Shown piece by piece: positions 39,802 to 49,135 of a stretch of DNA of 64,000 nucleotides. The stretch comes from Ignavibacteria bacterium (lineage in GTDB: Bacteria > Bacteroidota > Ignavibacteria > Kapaibacteriales > Kapaibacteriaceae), in the NCBI GenBank assembly GCA_046300675.1, contig JBKCLO010000193.1, forward strand, positions 70,526-134,525. The letters run 5' to 3'. Position 1 is the first letter of the stretch. Each line of letters begins with the position of its first letter. The translations under genes were made by a program, and so were the position numbers. The notes beneath the pieces were generated by a model. It was given only the letters and a program-made list of their open reading frames with translations. It was not told the origin of the DNA and ran no database searches.

Positions 39802-42800
39802 ATGAATCGATTCGATTCCGCGTTCTCGTCTTCACGTCAGAGTGGTGCTTTCTGGCTCCGTTCGATGTTGTTGGCGGTTCTGTTCACCGTCGGTACGCTG
39901 GCTTTGTCAGCGCAAACGATCAACCGCGCTTCGCCATTCGGCAATCTTAATCAGGCATGCGAAGGCCAGCAGGTCACGTACAACACCGAAAATCTTGGTG
40001 TTGGTGGTGGTGTGTCCTATACGTGGACAGTCGTGGGCGGTTTCTTTGTCACGGGCAACGGCACGCCGTCTATCACTGTTCAGTGGCAGAACCAAGGTAA
40101 CCAGACGCTTACGATGACACGTAACAACTTTGGTACCAACCAACCGACAGCCATCAATGTTGCTGTAAGCCGCACGCCGACACCGGCTGTTGGTGGACCA
40201 AACGTTGCATGTATCAACACTGAGCATACGTACTCAACACCAGCTGTTCCAGGAAGCAACTATGTGTGGAGTATCACACCTGCTTCAAACTGGGTTAACA
40301 TCGGTGGCGCACCTCCGGGAGCAAACTTCATCAACGTTCGTTGGATTCAAGCTGGCAATGCCACGGTTTCTGTCACAGAGACAGCAACCGGTGGTGTATG
40401 CTCAGTTACAGCTTCAGCTAACGTTATCGTGAACCCAGTGCCAACTCCAAACGTTCAGTCAGGCACAGGTTACGGTAACCCAACAACGCGCCGTCCTGGT
40501 ATCGTTTGTCAGAGCTCAACACATTCGTACCTCGTCGGTGCAACACCTGGAAACGTATTCCAGTGGACGGTTACTGGCGGTACAATTCTTTCAGGACAGA
40601 ACACAAGTGCCATCACGGTTCAGTGGGGCACAGCAGGTGTTGGTACAGTCGCATGTAAGGAGACAGTTCCTGGCTCAACATGTACAACGACCGACCTTGA
40701 TTCAATCAACATCCGTACGCAGCCACTGCCGAGCATCACGGGCACGTTCTCTCCTTGCTCAAATGTATCGCATGACTACACAACAGGCCTGGTAACAGGA
40801 AATTCCTACAGCTGGTCGGTTATCGGTGGAACATTCACTCAGGTTGCAGCTAACACAGTGCGTGTAACATGGACGGCCCCTGTATGGCCTAACACAAACA
40901 GCGGTATCGTGCAAGTAACAGAAGGTGTTATCGACGTTCTTCCTGCAGGTTCATGTGCAGTAACGACGGGTACGGGCGTTACAGTACGTCCGATGCCTCC
41001 AACGCCAGTTATCAGCGGACCTGCTGTTGCATGTGGAACAAACATGGCAACGAACCCAGCTACAAACAATACAGTTACGTATACAAGTAGCGTTCCAACA
41101 CAAACTGCTGGATCAGGTTCGATCTCGTACAACTGGGTCGTCAATGGTGGTACAATCCTTTCGGGTCAGGGCACATCATCGATCACAGTACAGTGGGGTA
41201 ACTTTATCACCCCGGCAAATGGTCTCGTAAGTGTTACGCACACATCAAGCTTTGGTTGTGCAACAACAGGTTCTCAGACTGTAACAGTTAACCCACTTCC
41301 ACGACCATCAGTCGTTGGACCAAACGTTGCCTGCCAAAACACGATCGAGAACTACAGCACAGGTGGTGTTCCAGGTAACACGTATAACTGGACACTTACA
41401 GGTGGAAACTTCATCCGTGCAGGTCAAGGCACACCGAACGTTGCAGTTGAGTGGACACTTCCAGGTGCAGCAACTCTTACAGTAACAGAGACCAACGGTT
41501 TCGGTTGCGCTGCTTCAAACGCTTATTCAGTTGTTGTAAACGCACTTCCAACAGCCACTCTCACAGTATCAGGTCCAACAACGTTCTGTCCATCAGGCGA
41601 CATCACGATCTGTGCTCCAATCGGCTACACGAAGTATGTATGGAACACGGGCGAAACAGCACGTTGTATCGTTGCTCGTACGTCTGGCCAGTATTCATGT
41701 ATCGTAACAAACAGCAATGGCTGCTCAAACACATCTGATGTTGTCACATTGAACGTTCTTGCTGGACCTCAGCCAACGATCGCTCTTGGTGGCCCAACAA
41801 CGTTCTGCGACGGTGGCAGTGTTGTTCTTACAGCACCAGCTGGATTCGGCGCTTACAAGTGGTCAACAGGCGAAACAACGCAGTCAATCACAGCTACAAA
41901 GTCTGGTGACTACACAGTAACAGTTGCTGATGCAAACGGTTGCACAGGCGCTTCAGCTGAAGTTGCTGTTACAGTTAATCCATCGCCAAAGCCTGAACTT
42001 GTAGTTACAGGTAATGCAAACTTCTGTGCTGGCGACAGCGTAGTGATCTCTGCTCCAGCCGGATATGCATCATACTCATGGGTTGGCCAGCTTGTTGGTG
42101 GCAACTATGGTACTGAGCGCACTATCGTAGTCAAGGCAACAGACACAGTATACTGCGTAGTTGTAGACATCTTTGGTTGCACAGGTCAGTCAAACACTGT
42201 TGGTGTAAAGACACCGCCAGTAGTAAAGCCAGTTGTTACTGCTGTTGGTTCAACAACATTCTGCACAGGCGGGTCGGTCAAGCTTGTTGCAAACGATGGT
42301 TTCAACACATACGTATGGTCAAACGGTGCAAATGGTCAGGAAGTAACAGTTACAGAAAGCGGAAGCTACTTTGTAACCGTTATCGACAAGGCTACAAATT
42401 GCCCAGTTGCATCTACGGTTGTAACTGTAGTTGTGAACGAAGCACCTGGCAAGCCGATGATCTCGCGTGAAGGCGATGTTCTGACAGCCAAGACAACATC
42501 ATCAAATGTAGAAGGTTGGGCATGGAGCCGCAACGGTGCTGAAATCGTTGGTGCTTCAGACAGCCAGTACAAGGTGTCTATGCCTGGCGTGTACACAGCA
42601 ACAGTAAAGGTTCCTGGTTGCACATCTACATCTGATGAATTCGAAGTTGTCTTCACAGGTGTTAACGAAGACGTAGTCGCCGGTGAGTCAGTAATGAGTG
42701 TTTATCCGAACCCAACAAGCGGTCGCGTAACACTTGCAACGACACTCGCCCTCACAGGCGCTGTGCGCGTAGACATAACAAATGCTCTTGGAGAGCGCGT

Positions 42801-42936
42801 CCTTTCGATCAACGAAGTTGCATCAGGTGCAGCCTTCGGTACATCGTTCGACATGACAAACCTCTCTGCTGGTGTATACAACGTAGCAGTAACTTCGGGT
42901 AGCGATACCTGGGTTGTTAGCGTAGTACGCCAATAA
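39802..42936 (+). CDS. Giant secreted adhesin-like protein built from tandem Ig/PKD-like repeats, with a C-terminal tail resembling a T9SS sorting domain
   Basis: An ATG at 39802 has GGAGG 5 nt upstream and begins the signal peptide MNRFDSAFSS…LFTVGTLALSAQ. Six or more N-terminal repeats carry Y-x-W-x-V-x-GG. Five C-terminal repeats of about 75 aa carry …FC.G.SV.L.A..G...Y.WSTGETTQSI…NGC…. The C-terminal VYPNPTSGRVTL…GVYNVAVTS… is a Por tail. Confidence 0.8.
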   Translation: MNRFDSAFSSSRQSGAFWLRSMLLAVLFTVGTLALSAQTINRASPFGNLNQACEGQQVTYNTENLGVGGGVSYTWTVVGGFFVTGNGTPSITVQWQNQGNQTLTMTRNNFGTNQPTAINVAVSRTPTPAVGGPNVACINTEHTYSTPAVPGSNYVWSITPASNWVNIGGAPPGANFINVRWIQAGNATVSVTETATGGVCSVTASANVIVNPVPTPNVQSGTGYGNPTTRRPGIVCQSSTHSYLVGATPGNVFQWTVTGGTILSGQNTSAITVQWGTAGVGTVACKETVPGSTCTTTDLDSINIRTQPLPSITGTFSPCSNVSHDYTTGLVTGNSYSWSVIGGTFTQVAANTVRVTWTAPVWPNTNSGIVQVTEGVIDVLPAGSCAVTTGTGVTVRPMPPTPVISGPAVACGTNMATNPATNNTVTYTSSVPTQTAGSGSISYNWVVNGGTILSGQGTSSITVQWGNFITPANGLVSVTHTSSFGCATTGSQTVTVNPLPRPSVVGPNVACQNTIENYSTGGVPGNTYNWTLTGGNFIRAGQGTPNVAVEWTLPGAATLTVTETNGFGCAASNAYSVVVNALPTATLTVSGPTTFCPSGDITICAPIGYTKYVWNTGETARCIVARTSGQYSCIVTNSNGCSNTSDVVTLNVLAGPQPTIALGGPTTFCDGGSVVLTAPAGFGAYKWSTGETTQSITATKSGDYTVTVADANGCTGASAEVAVTVNPSPKPELVVTGNANFCAGDSVVISAPAGYASYSWVGQLVGGNYGTERTIVVKATDTVYCVVVDIFGCTGQSNTVGVKTPPVVKPVVTAVGSTTFCTGGSVKLVANDGFNTYVWSNGANGQEVTVTESGSYFVTVIDKATNCPVASTVVTVVVNEAPGKPMISREGDVLTAKTTSSNVEGWAWSRNGAEIVGASDSQYKVSMPGVYTATVKVPGCTSTSDEFEVVFTGVNEDVVAGESVMSVYPNPTSGRVTLATTLALTGAVRVDITNALGERVLSINEVASGAAFGTSFDMTNLSAGVYNVAVTSGSDTWVVSVVRQ

Positions 42937-42965
42937 GTCGATATACCTCCCGTTAGTGGGATAAA

Positions 42966-42995
42966 GGGGACGCATTTTATGCGTCCCCTTTTTTT
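42966..42995 (+). terminator. Rho-independent terminator after the adhesin-like gene
   Basis: The stem GGGGACGCA pairs with TGCGTCCCC across the 5-nt loop TTTTA. A run of seven T follows. Confidence 0.8.
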
Positions 42996-43041
42996 ATGTT
43001 GTTCAGCAAACAAAGAACACTGAAATTCGTCCAACCTCATC

Positions 43042-45336
43042 ATGATATCCACGAAGAACTATCTCCTTGTAGGCCTGTTGGTCGTTCTGTCGTCACTGCA
43101 GGCACTCGCGCAGTGGCGTGAGGTGGCCGTGCCGCAGCCGTTTGCCGGAGGCTACTATCTGGATGTGTTTTTCCTGCCTACCAATCCTGACTATGGTTGG
43201 GCATGCAGTATGGAGGGACACATCGTCCGCACTACCGACGGCGGGAAATCATGGCGGGGCAATACCATACCCGGCGCTTTCCTCGAGTACGTACAGTTCC
43301 TTACTCCAAGCACAGGTTTCGTATCGGGTCAGGGGGGCGTGTTTCGCTCGGATGATGGAGGAGCAACGTGGATAGACATCACCCCGTTTCCCATGGTTCA
43401 AGATAAAGGATGGGGCTCCTACTGGCTGAATGATCGCGTTGGTATGTACTTCGTAGGTGGCTGTATCAACGGTGTTCAGGCTTTCTACCGCACATCCGAC
43501 GGAGGACGCACATGGACGGCATTCTATGGCAATGAGTTCAACAGTGGACTCAGCGATGGAATCCTTTACAATGATGGTTCCGGCTGGGCAGTGAGCAGTG
43601 GCATACTATGGCAAACAATGGATTTTGGTCGCACATGGTACAAGTTCTCGAACACAGGCCCACGCTATTGGACAGAGGAGATCAGCGTATTCGGTAGGTC
43701 GATCCTGCTTCCAACATCGGGCATGGACTGCGATGGCCAAACGCGCAATGTGGGTTCGCTTCGCTACAGCCGTGATGGAGGAGCCTCATGGCGCGAACAT
43801 CAGACGCAGAAGAATATGTTCGGATGTTTCCTGCTGTCCGAAACCACAGCGTGGGGAGTTGGCGACGATCGTACTGTTCTCTATACGGAGGATGCAGGCT
43901 CTACGTGGACACTTCGCAACTGCGGAATTCGTGGCAATATCGACGATATCTTCTTTGTGAACGACACCCTTGGCTGGGCAGTAGGGCAAGGCATCTATCG
44001 ATCAAACTTCAATTCGTCTAATTCATCAATCACAATCACGCCGTCTGATCCTGTAATCAGTGTTTGCCCTGGTGATTCCGTGTACGTCGAGGCTAAAGGA
44101 CCTTTTGGCGACTATCGTTGGAACGACAACGTTGTTGCAAATGCGCGATTCCTGACCGACACGGGCACATACATTGTGAGGGCCTACGATTCGCTTGCAT
44201 GCGTCTTTGTTGCAGATACGATTCGACTAGCTGCAAAGAGCACATACCGTCCTGCAATCAGCGCATCAAAGACAACGTTCTGTCAGGGCGATACGGCAAC
44301 ACTAACGGTAACCGGACCAATACAAAAGCTCACTTGGAGTACCGGCGACACAACACGTACGATAGTTGTTGATGCACCCGGTCCGTACACATGCACGGTG
44401 CTCGATTCGGCAGGATGCACAACTACAACGCAGTCGCTTCGGCTTGCGGTTAATGCTAATCCGAAACCAACGATCGTTGCCAGCCGAGATCTCGTGATGT
44501 GCCTCGATGATACAGTGCGACTTTCGACTACAGTCAAGTATGCATCCTATGCATGGTCTACCGGCGAAACTGCGCCGGCAATTACGGTAACATCCAGTGG
44601 TGTGTTTTCGGTTGTTGTGGTTGATGAGAATGGTTGTTCTGGTGGATCTGATACCATACGTGTAACTGTTCTCAATACCCGCAACAAGGCCGAGTTCATT
44701 CTCGATGCGGGATCGAGTGAGATTCTGGTCGAAGCGCACGATGTTGGCGAAATGCGATGCAGAGATGTTCTGGTGCGCAACCGGTCTGCTACCGAAGACC
44801 TCGTTATCAGCGACGCACATTTTGTTGGCAACGTCTATTTTTCTCTGCCGCGTGGCCAGTTCCCGCTGATCGTTGCCCCACTTGCCACGGGAGCGCTCCG
44901 TGTATGCGCCTCGGCCCAAGAGGTAGGTGCATTCAGGGACACGATTGCCTTACAGGATACGTGCTCGGTAATCACGCTGCCGTTTCTGACACAGGGAAAT
45001 TCGATAAAGCTCGCAGGCAGTTCACGTTGTGATGTTCAAGTGCAGACAACGATCTTCAGAGCAGGAAGTGCATGGAGACTACGCGCTCCATTCCCAGTAC
45101 CGGCTGCCAGATTCGTTACAGTTGTTGTAGAGCCCCCTACAGCTCATCAGGGAAGTGCTCGAGCTGTCCTTCGGGATATTCATGGTGTTGCTGTTGCAGT
45201 GGCCGAGGTCGCAACCTTGACGGGTGAGCAGAGTATCACTGTGGTCATAGAAGATGTTGCGGCTGGTCTTTACAACCTGGTGCTCGAAGACAACCATGGT
45301 CTGATAACCGCATTCCCAGTGATTGTGGCCCCATAA
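43042..45336 (+). CDS. Secreted BNR/Ycf48-like beta-propeller protein with Ig-like repeats and a C-terminal tail resembling a T9SS sorting domain
   Basis: The signal peptide is MISTKNYLLVGLLVVLSSLQALAQ. Six BNR motifs are present (TTDGGKSW, SDDGGATW, TSDGGRTW, TMDFGRTW, SRDGGASW, TEDAGSTW). Y-x-W-S-T-G-E-T repeats resemble those in the upstream gene. The C-terminal tail is Por-like. Confidence 0.75.
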   Translation: MISTKNYLLVGLLVVLSSLQALAQWREVAVPQPFAGGYYLDVFFLPTNPDYGWACSMEGHIVRTTDGGKSWRGNTIPGAFLEYVQFLTPSTGFVSGQGGVFRSDDGGATWIDITPFPMVQDKGWGSYWLNDRVGMYFVGGCINGVQAFYRTSDGGRTWTAFYGNEFNSGLSDGILYNDGSGWAVSSGILWQTMDFGRTWYKFSNTGPRYWTEEISVFGRSILLPTSGMDCDGQTRNVGSLRYSRDGGASWREHQTQKNMFGCFLLSETTAWGVGDDRTVLYTEDAGSTWTLRNCGIRGNIDDIFFVNDTLGWAVGQGIYRSNFNSSNSSITITPSDPVISVCPGDSVYVEAKGPFGDYRWNDNVVANARFLTDTGTYIVRAYDSLACVFVADTIRLAAKSTYRPAISASKTTFCQGDTATLTVTGPIQKLTWSTGDTTRTIVVDAPGPYTCTVLDSAGCTTTTQSLRLAVNANPKPTIVASRDLVMCLDDTVRLSTTVKYASYAWSTGETAPAITVTSSGVFSVVVVDENGCSGGSDTIRVTVLNTRNKAEFILDAGSSEILVEAHDVGEMRCRDVLVRNRSATEDLVISDAHFVGNVYFSLPRGQFPLIVAPLATGALRVCASAQEVGAFRDTIALQDTCSVITLPFLTQGNSIKLAGSSRCDVQVQTTIFRAGSAWRLRAPFPVPAARFVTVVVEPPTAHQGSARAVLRDIHGVAVAVAEVATLTGEQSITVVIEDVAAGLYNLVLEDNHGLITAFPVIVAP

Positions 45337-45355
45337 CTTCGTAGTTTGCAGTTCT

Positions 45356-45751
45356 ATGGCACGTATGATTTCACTTGATCCGCGTGTTACGCGGATGAAC
45401 ATTGACGCAGAATCTGCGTCCGAGCTGGAGCCTAAACCAGAACTCGACCAGTTTCAAACCTACGAGGTGTTCCACCAGGCTAAAACTGGCGCGCATCACA
45501 TGCACGTGGGGATTGTTCACGCCCCTAATTCCGATATGGCACTGCTGATGGCCAAAGAACAATATGGCCGCAGGGGGCAAACCGTGAACATTTGGGTTGT
45601 GAATACACGCGACATTGTTGCGATGGCAACAGCAGACGCCGATGTGTTCGCCACAACGCCTGAGAAAACGTATCGGGATGTTGGCGCATATATGGTACGC
45701 AATAAGGTCGAAGCCTACAAGAAGCAACAGAAAGAAGGACAGGGCTCATGA
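45356..45751 (+). CDS. paaB: 1,2-phenylacetyl-CoA epoxidase subunit B
   Basis: YEVFHQAKTGAHHMHVGIVHAPNSDMALLMAKEQYGRRGQTVNIWVV aligns with the PaaB consensus (YEVF…HVGS.HA…AL..A…Y.RR…IWVV). The start is uncertain; candidates are 45356 and 45395, and the track ORF start at 45323 overlaps the upstream gene. Confidence 0.8.
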   Translation: MARMISLDPRVTRMNIDAESASELEPKPELDQFQTYEVFHQAKTGAHHMHVGIVHAPNSDMALLMAKEQYGRRGQTVNIWVVNTRDIVAMATADADVFATTPEKTYRDVGAYMVRNKVEAYKKQQKEGQGS

Positions 45752-46503
45752 ACACTGCAGCATGTCAGGACCTGCTCTTTCGCATGGCTGATGACGAGTT
45801 GATTCTGGCGCATAGGCACTCAGAGTGGACTGGTCTTGGGCCACTTCTTGAAGAGGACATAGCATTCTCATCCATCGCACAGGATAAGCTGGGGCATGCG
45901 CAGGCTCTCTATACCATCCTACACGAGCACTTTGGCCAAGCAGATCCTGATACACTTGCCTTCATGCGCAACGAAACCGATATGCGCTGCAGTCATTTCG
46001 TAGAATTGCCCAACGGCGAATATGATTTCTCGCTGGTTCGACACTTTCTGTTTGATGCAGCCGAATACATGCGCTGGACTGCGCTGGTGCAAAGCAGCTT
46101 CGAGCCCCTTGCTAAGCTCGCAGTCAAGATACGTGGCGAGTTGAAGTACCATCTCTACCATGCGCAAACATGGGTTAAGCAGCTTGGTGCTCAAGGCTCG
46201 GAAGAATCACATGCTCGTATGCAATCTGCGCTGCGCGAAGCCTGGCCATATGCACTAGGTATGTTCGAACAAACAGATGCAGATGCTTCGCTGATCGCTG
46301 AGTCTGTGTTCATAGGCGAATCAGAGGTGTGCCAACAATGGCTAGCATTTATCACCCCAACGCTGCAGGAAGCAAATCTGGAGTTGCCCGAGCAATCAGA
46401 GCCCGTGTATGGTGGACGTAAAGGGTATCATACTGAACATCTGCAGCCGCTGCTGACGGAAATGACAGAGGTCTATCGTATCGACCCATCAGCTGAATGG
46501 TAA
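45748..46503 (+). CDS. paaC: 1,2-phenylacetyl-CoA epoxidase subunit C
   Basis: An ATGA overlap links it to paaB. The ferritin-like product is 251 aa, the PaaC length rather than the ~310 aa of PaaA. The C-terminal GGRKGYHTEHLQPLLTEMTEV matches the PaaC-type ending. Confidence 0.75.
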   Translation: MNTAACQDLLFRMADDELILAHRHSEWTGLGPLLEEDIAFSSIAQDKLGHAQALYTILHEHFGQADPDTLAFMRNETDMRCSHFVELPNGEYDFSLVRHFLFDAAEYMRWTALVQSSFEPLAKLAVKIRGELKYHLYHAQTWVKQLGAQGSEESHARMQSALREAWPYALGMFEQTDADASLIAESVFIGESEVCQQWLAFITPTLQEANLELPEQSEPVYGGRKGYHTEHLQPLLTEMTEVYRIDPSAEW

Positions 46504-46988
46504 GCATAACAACAGAGAGCGTTCTCGCTGCATTAGAAGATGTATGCGACCCCGAGATACCAACGATCTCCGTCGTCGATATGGGCATCATCACGGATGT
46601 TGTTGTACACGACGCCGGCAGTGTGCGTGTAACAATGACTCCAACGTTTGTTGGGTGTCCGGCCATCGATGTGATGAAGCACGACGTTGAACAAGCAGTT
46701 CGTTCACTCGGAGTTGGGTCTGTTGAAGTACTTGTGAACTTCGATGTACCGTGGTCTACCAACAGACTTACAGAAAAGGGGCGAGCAGCCCTGCTGAAGC
46801 ATGGCCTGGCACCTCCAGAGCAGTTTGATACATTGGCACTTGAGCTTGATGTGTTGAATAACGTAGCGTGTCCATATTGCGGGTCTCGCAAGACAACGCT
46901 CAAGAGTCCGTTTGGACCAACACTATGCAGGTCACTACACTATTGCAATAGCTGTCTGCAGGCCTTTGAAGGCTTTAAGCCAATTTAG
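46497..46988 (+). CDS. paaD: Phenylacetate-CoA oxygenase subunit PaaD (DUF59 plus a Cys4 zinc ribbon)
   Basis: CDPEIPTISVVDMGII…PTFVGCPA is a DUF59 domain. The C-terminal CPYCGS…CNSC is a zinc ribbon. A 7-nt overlap links it to paaC. Confidence 0.8.
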   Translation: MVSITTESVLAALEDVCDPEIPTISVVDMGIITDVVVHDAGSVRVTMTPTFVGCPAIDVMKHDVEQAVRSLGVGSVEVLVNFDVPWSTNRLTEKGRAALLKHGLAPPEQFDTLALELDVLNNVACPYCGSRKTTLKSPFGPTLCRSLHYCNSCLQAFEGFKPI

Positions 46989-49108
46989 AACTGCGTAGAT
47001 GATTGGAGGTAGAACTGACGTCCTACTAGTCCAGGTATGCGCGTTGGTGTTGCTATGTCTAAAGCGTTCTGCACGCCAACACCAACCTTGATGCCATGTC
47101 CGGCAAAAGTGATCGTTGTTGTGTATGAGGCATTGACAACGGTGTACCCAGCAACGAACTCATCATCTCGGTCAAGAACCTTGCGTGGTGGTTCAGATAT
47201 GGCATATCCGTTCTTGTCGAGAGATTCATCTCCAAAACGACCAATAAGCTGCAGGCGAATATTGACGCTGGACTGCTTATCTGGCGTGTCGTATTGTAGG
47301 CGGATCGTGCCGCTGTGGCGCGAGCGCCCCCAGAGTCCTTGGTAAGCATCGCGAGTAAGAGGTACATCCTTACCAGTGCCGATGTATCCAGCAGTTCCAT
47401 TGTCGATTGCGCGAAGCACCTGCACATCTGCGGCATCGAGAAACTGATAGCCCCCTGAAAGAGAATATAAACCAGTCGGCTCGTGGGCCAATGCCAACGT
47501 AAGATTAGCTTCGATGCCCTGCGTGTAGGCCTGCGCTACATTGCGATATGAGTACACATCGCGTCCGTTGATTGACTTGACATAGTAAAACTCGATCAGG
47601 TTGCTAAGGTCATTGCGAAAACCCCGAATCTCTGCATTGTATAGTAACGATGTTGATGATGTTAGCTGACGGTGGCCATCCTCATAGCGAAGACCAGCAT
47701 CATACGATACACTGCGCTCCGGCTCGAGCGCAACCCCCAGCCGCTGTGCGCCGATTAGATCGTAGCCGGCTCCTGCTAGTCTGTTGGAGAAGGTCACAAA
47801 GAGCTGGCGAAAATCAGGAGCCTTGAAACCTGAGCCAATGCTTCCTGAAACTCGCAGGTGTCCGTTGGGCTTCCAAAGCAAGGAGAATCGCGGACTGATC
47901 GCCGTGCCGTAGACAGAGTTGTGATCCAACCTGCTGCTCAGCACATAGGATATCCACGACGTGGGGAGTCCTTCCCACTGCACAAATGCCACACCGGTGC
48001 GATACAGTGGTGTGCTGCCCGAAGAATCGCGATAGCGAGAACCTGCTATGTCGTCATACAGGAACTCACCTCCCAACATCAGCCTATTTGATGTGTTGAA
48101 GGAGACATCGTACTGAGCATAGAGTCTGCCGATTCGTCGACGAAGGTCATCGATCGTTCCTGCATCACCCTGTATGGTGTCGAAATTGTATCGTTCGTTG
48201 TAGACAGATCCGTAAGCGGTCATATTCAATCGGGCTCGACCAAGCGCATACTCCAAGCTTGTAGTCGTTGAAACGTCCGATTGGATCACGCTGCCGGAAT
48301 TCTGGGCGATCTGTCCGGCAACACTCTCAATGAACGCGCCATTCGAGACCGAGCGGAATCCGCGAATCCATTGCGTGGCCTTCCAGCCGCGGTGGAAACG
48401 CCACTGCAGTTTGGCCTGTGCGGTTCCGTCCTCAAAGCCTGCGTACGGAATCGATGCTGTGCCCAGAGGCAAGCTAAAAGGGGCCTGTTGCTTATAGTTC
48501 ACAAAGCCGGACACCTCTAAACTGTCGGAACCATATCCAAGCTCTGTCCGGATCTCTGTCGGACCCCGAGAAAGTGATTGCAGAAGGACGTTGCCATTGA
48601 AACCATCGTCCGGACGTTTAGTAATGATATTTACAACGCCTGCCAGTGCCTCGCTGCCATACATGCTACTCATAGGGCCCTTGACAACCTCTATCCTCTC
48701 AACGTTACCAATAGACAGTCGTGTCAGATCCAGAACGCCGGCGACTCTTCCAATCACCGGTTGGCCATCGATAAGAATCAGCGTGTAATCCGGGCCGAGT
48801 CCATTCATTTGAATCCCACTCCGTACAGTACCCGTAAGTACAAGGCCTGTCTGTTCCTTCAGCACATCGCCAAGGTCTGCCATCGCAGTATTGGTAAGAC
48901 GCTCCTTGCCGATAACCTCTACACGAACGGGGGAGTCCTTGAGTCGGATCTCATTGCGTGTACCAGTAACTACAACCTGGTTTGCTTGAATCGTACGCAG
49001 ACTGTCTGTGCTATGTCGAGCGCTTGAGGAGTCTGGTTGTGCGTTTTGCGCTAATAGGACCAACGGCATCAAAAAGGCAATGGCCGCAGTCAAATGGTGA
49101 AAGGACAT
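46985..49108 (-). CDS. TonB-dependent outer membrane receptor
   Basis: A signal peptide opens the protein. The plug domain carries VVVTGTR, RIEVVKGPMSSMYGSEALAGVVNIITK and a 22-strand-barrel-length body. The C-terminal …YLQSSTQF ends in Phe. I prefer the ATG at 49108 over the TTG at 49114. Confidence 0.88.
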   Translation of the reverse strand: MSFHHLTAAIAFLMPLVLLAQNAQPDSSSARHSTDSLRTIQANQVVVTGTRNEIRLKDSPVRVEVIGKERLTNTAMADLGDVLKEQTGLVLTGTVRSGIQMNGLGPDYTLILIDGQPVIGRVAGVLDLTRLSIGNVERIEVVKGPMSSMYGSEALAGVVNIITKRPDDGFNGNVLLQSLSRGPTEIRTELGYGSDSLEVSGFVNYKQQAPFSLPLGTASIPYAGFEDGTAQAKLQWRFHRGWKATQWIRGFRSVSNGAFIESVAGQIAQNSGSVIQSDVSTTTSLEYALGRARLNMTAYGSVYNERYNFDTIQGDAGTIDDLRRRIGRLYAQYDVSFNTSNRLMLGGEFLYDDIAGSRYRDSSGSTPLYRTGVAFVQWEGLPTSWISYVLSSRLDHNSVYGTAISPRFSLLWKPNGHLRVSGSIGSGFKAPDFRQLFVTFSNRLAGAGYDLIGAQRLGVALEPERSVSYDAGLRYEDGHRQLTSSTSLLYNAEIRGFRNDLSNLIEFYYVKSINGRDVYSYRNVAQAYTQGIEANLTLALAHEPTGLYSLSGGYQFLDAADVQVLRAIDNGTAGYIGTGKDVPLTRDAYQGLWGRSRHSGTIRLQYDTPDKQSSVNIRLQLIGRFGDESLDKNGYAISEPPRKVLDRDDEFVAGYTVVNASYTTTITFAGHGIKVGVGVQNALDIATPTRIPGLVGRQFYLQSSTQF

Positions 49109-49135
49109 GCGCAAAACTACGGCGCAACGATTGAC

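Noticed and set aside
44302-44919. A 205-aa minus-strand ORF inside the BNR/Ig-repeat gene
   Set aside because: It is antisense to a gene with clear BNR motifs and a Por-like tail, and it has no motif of its own.
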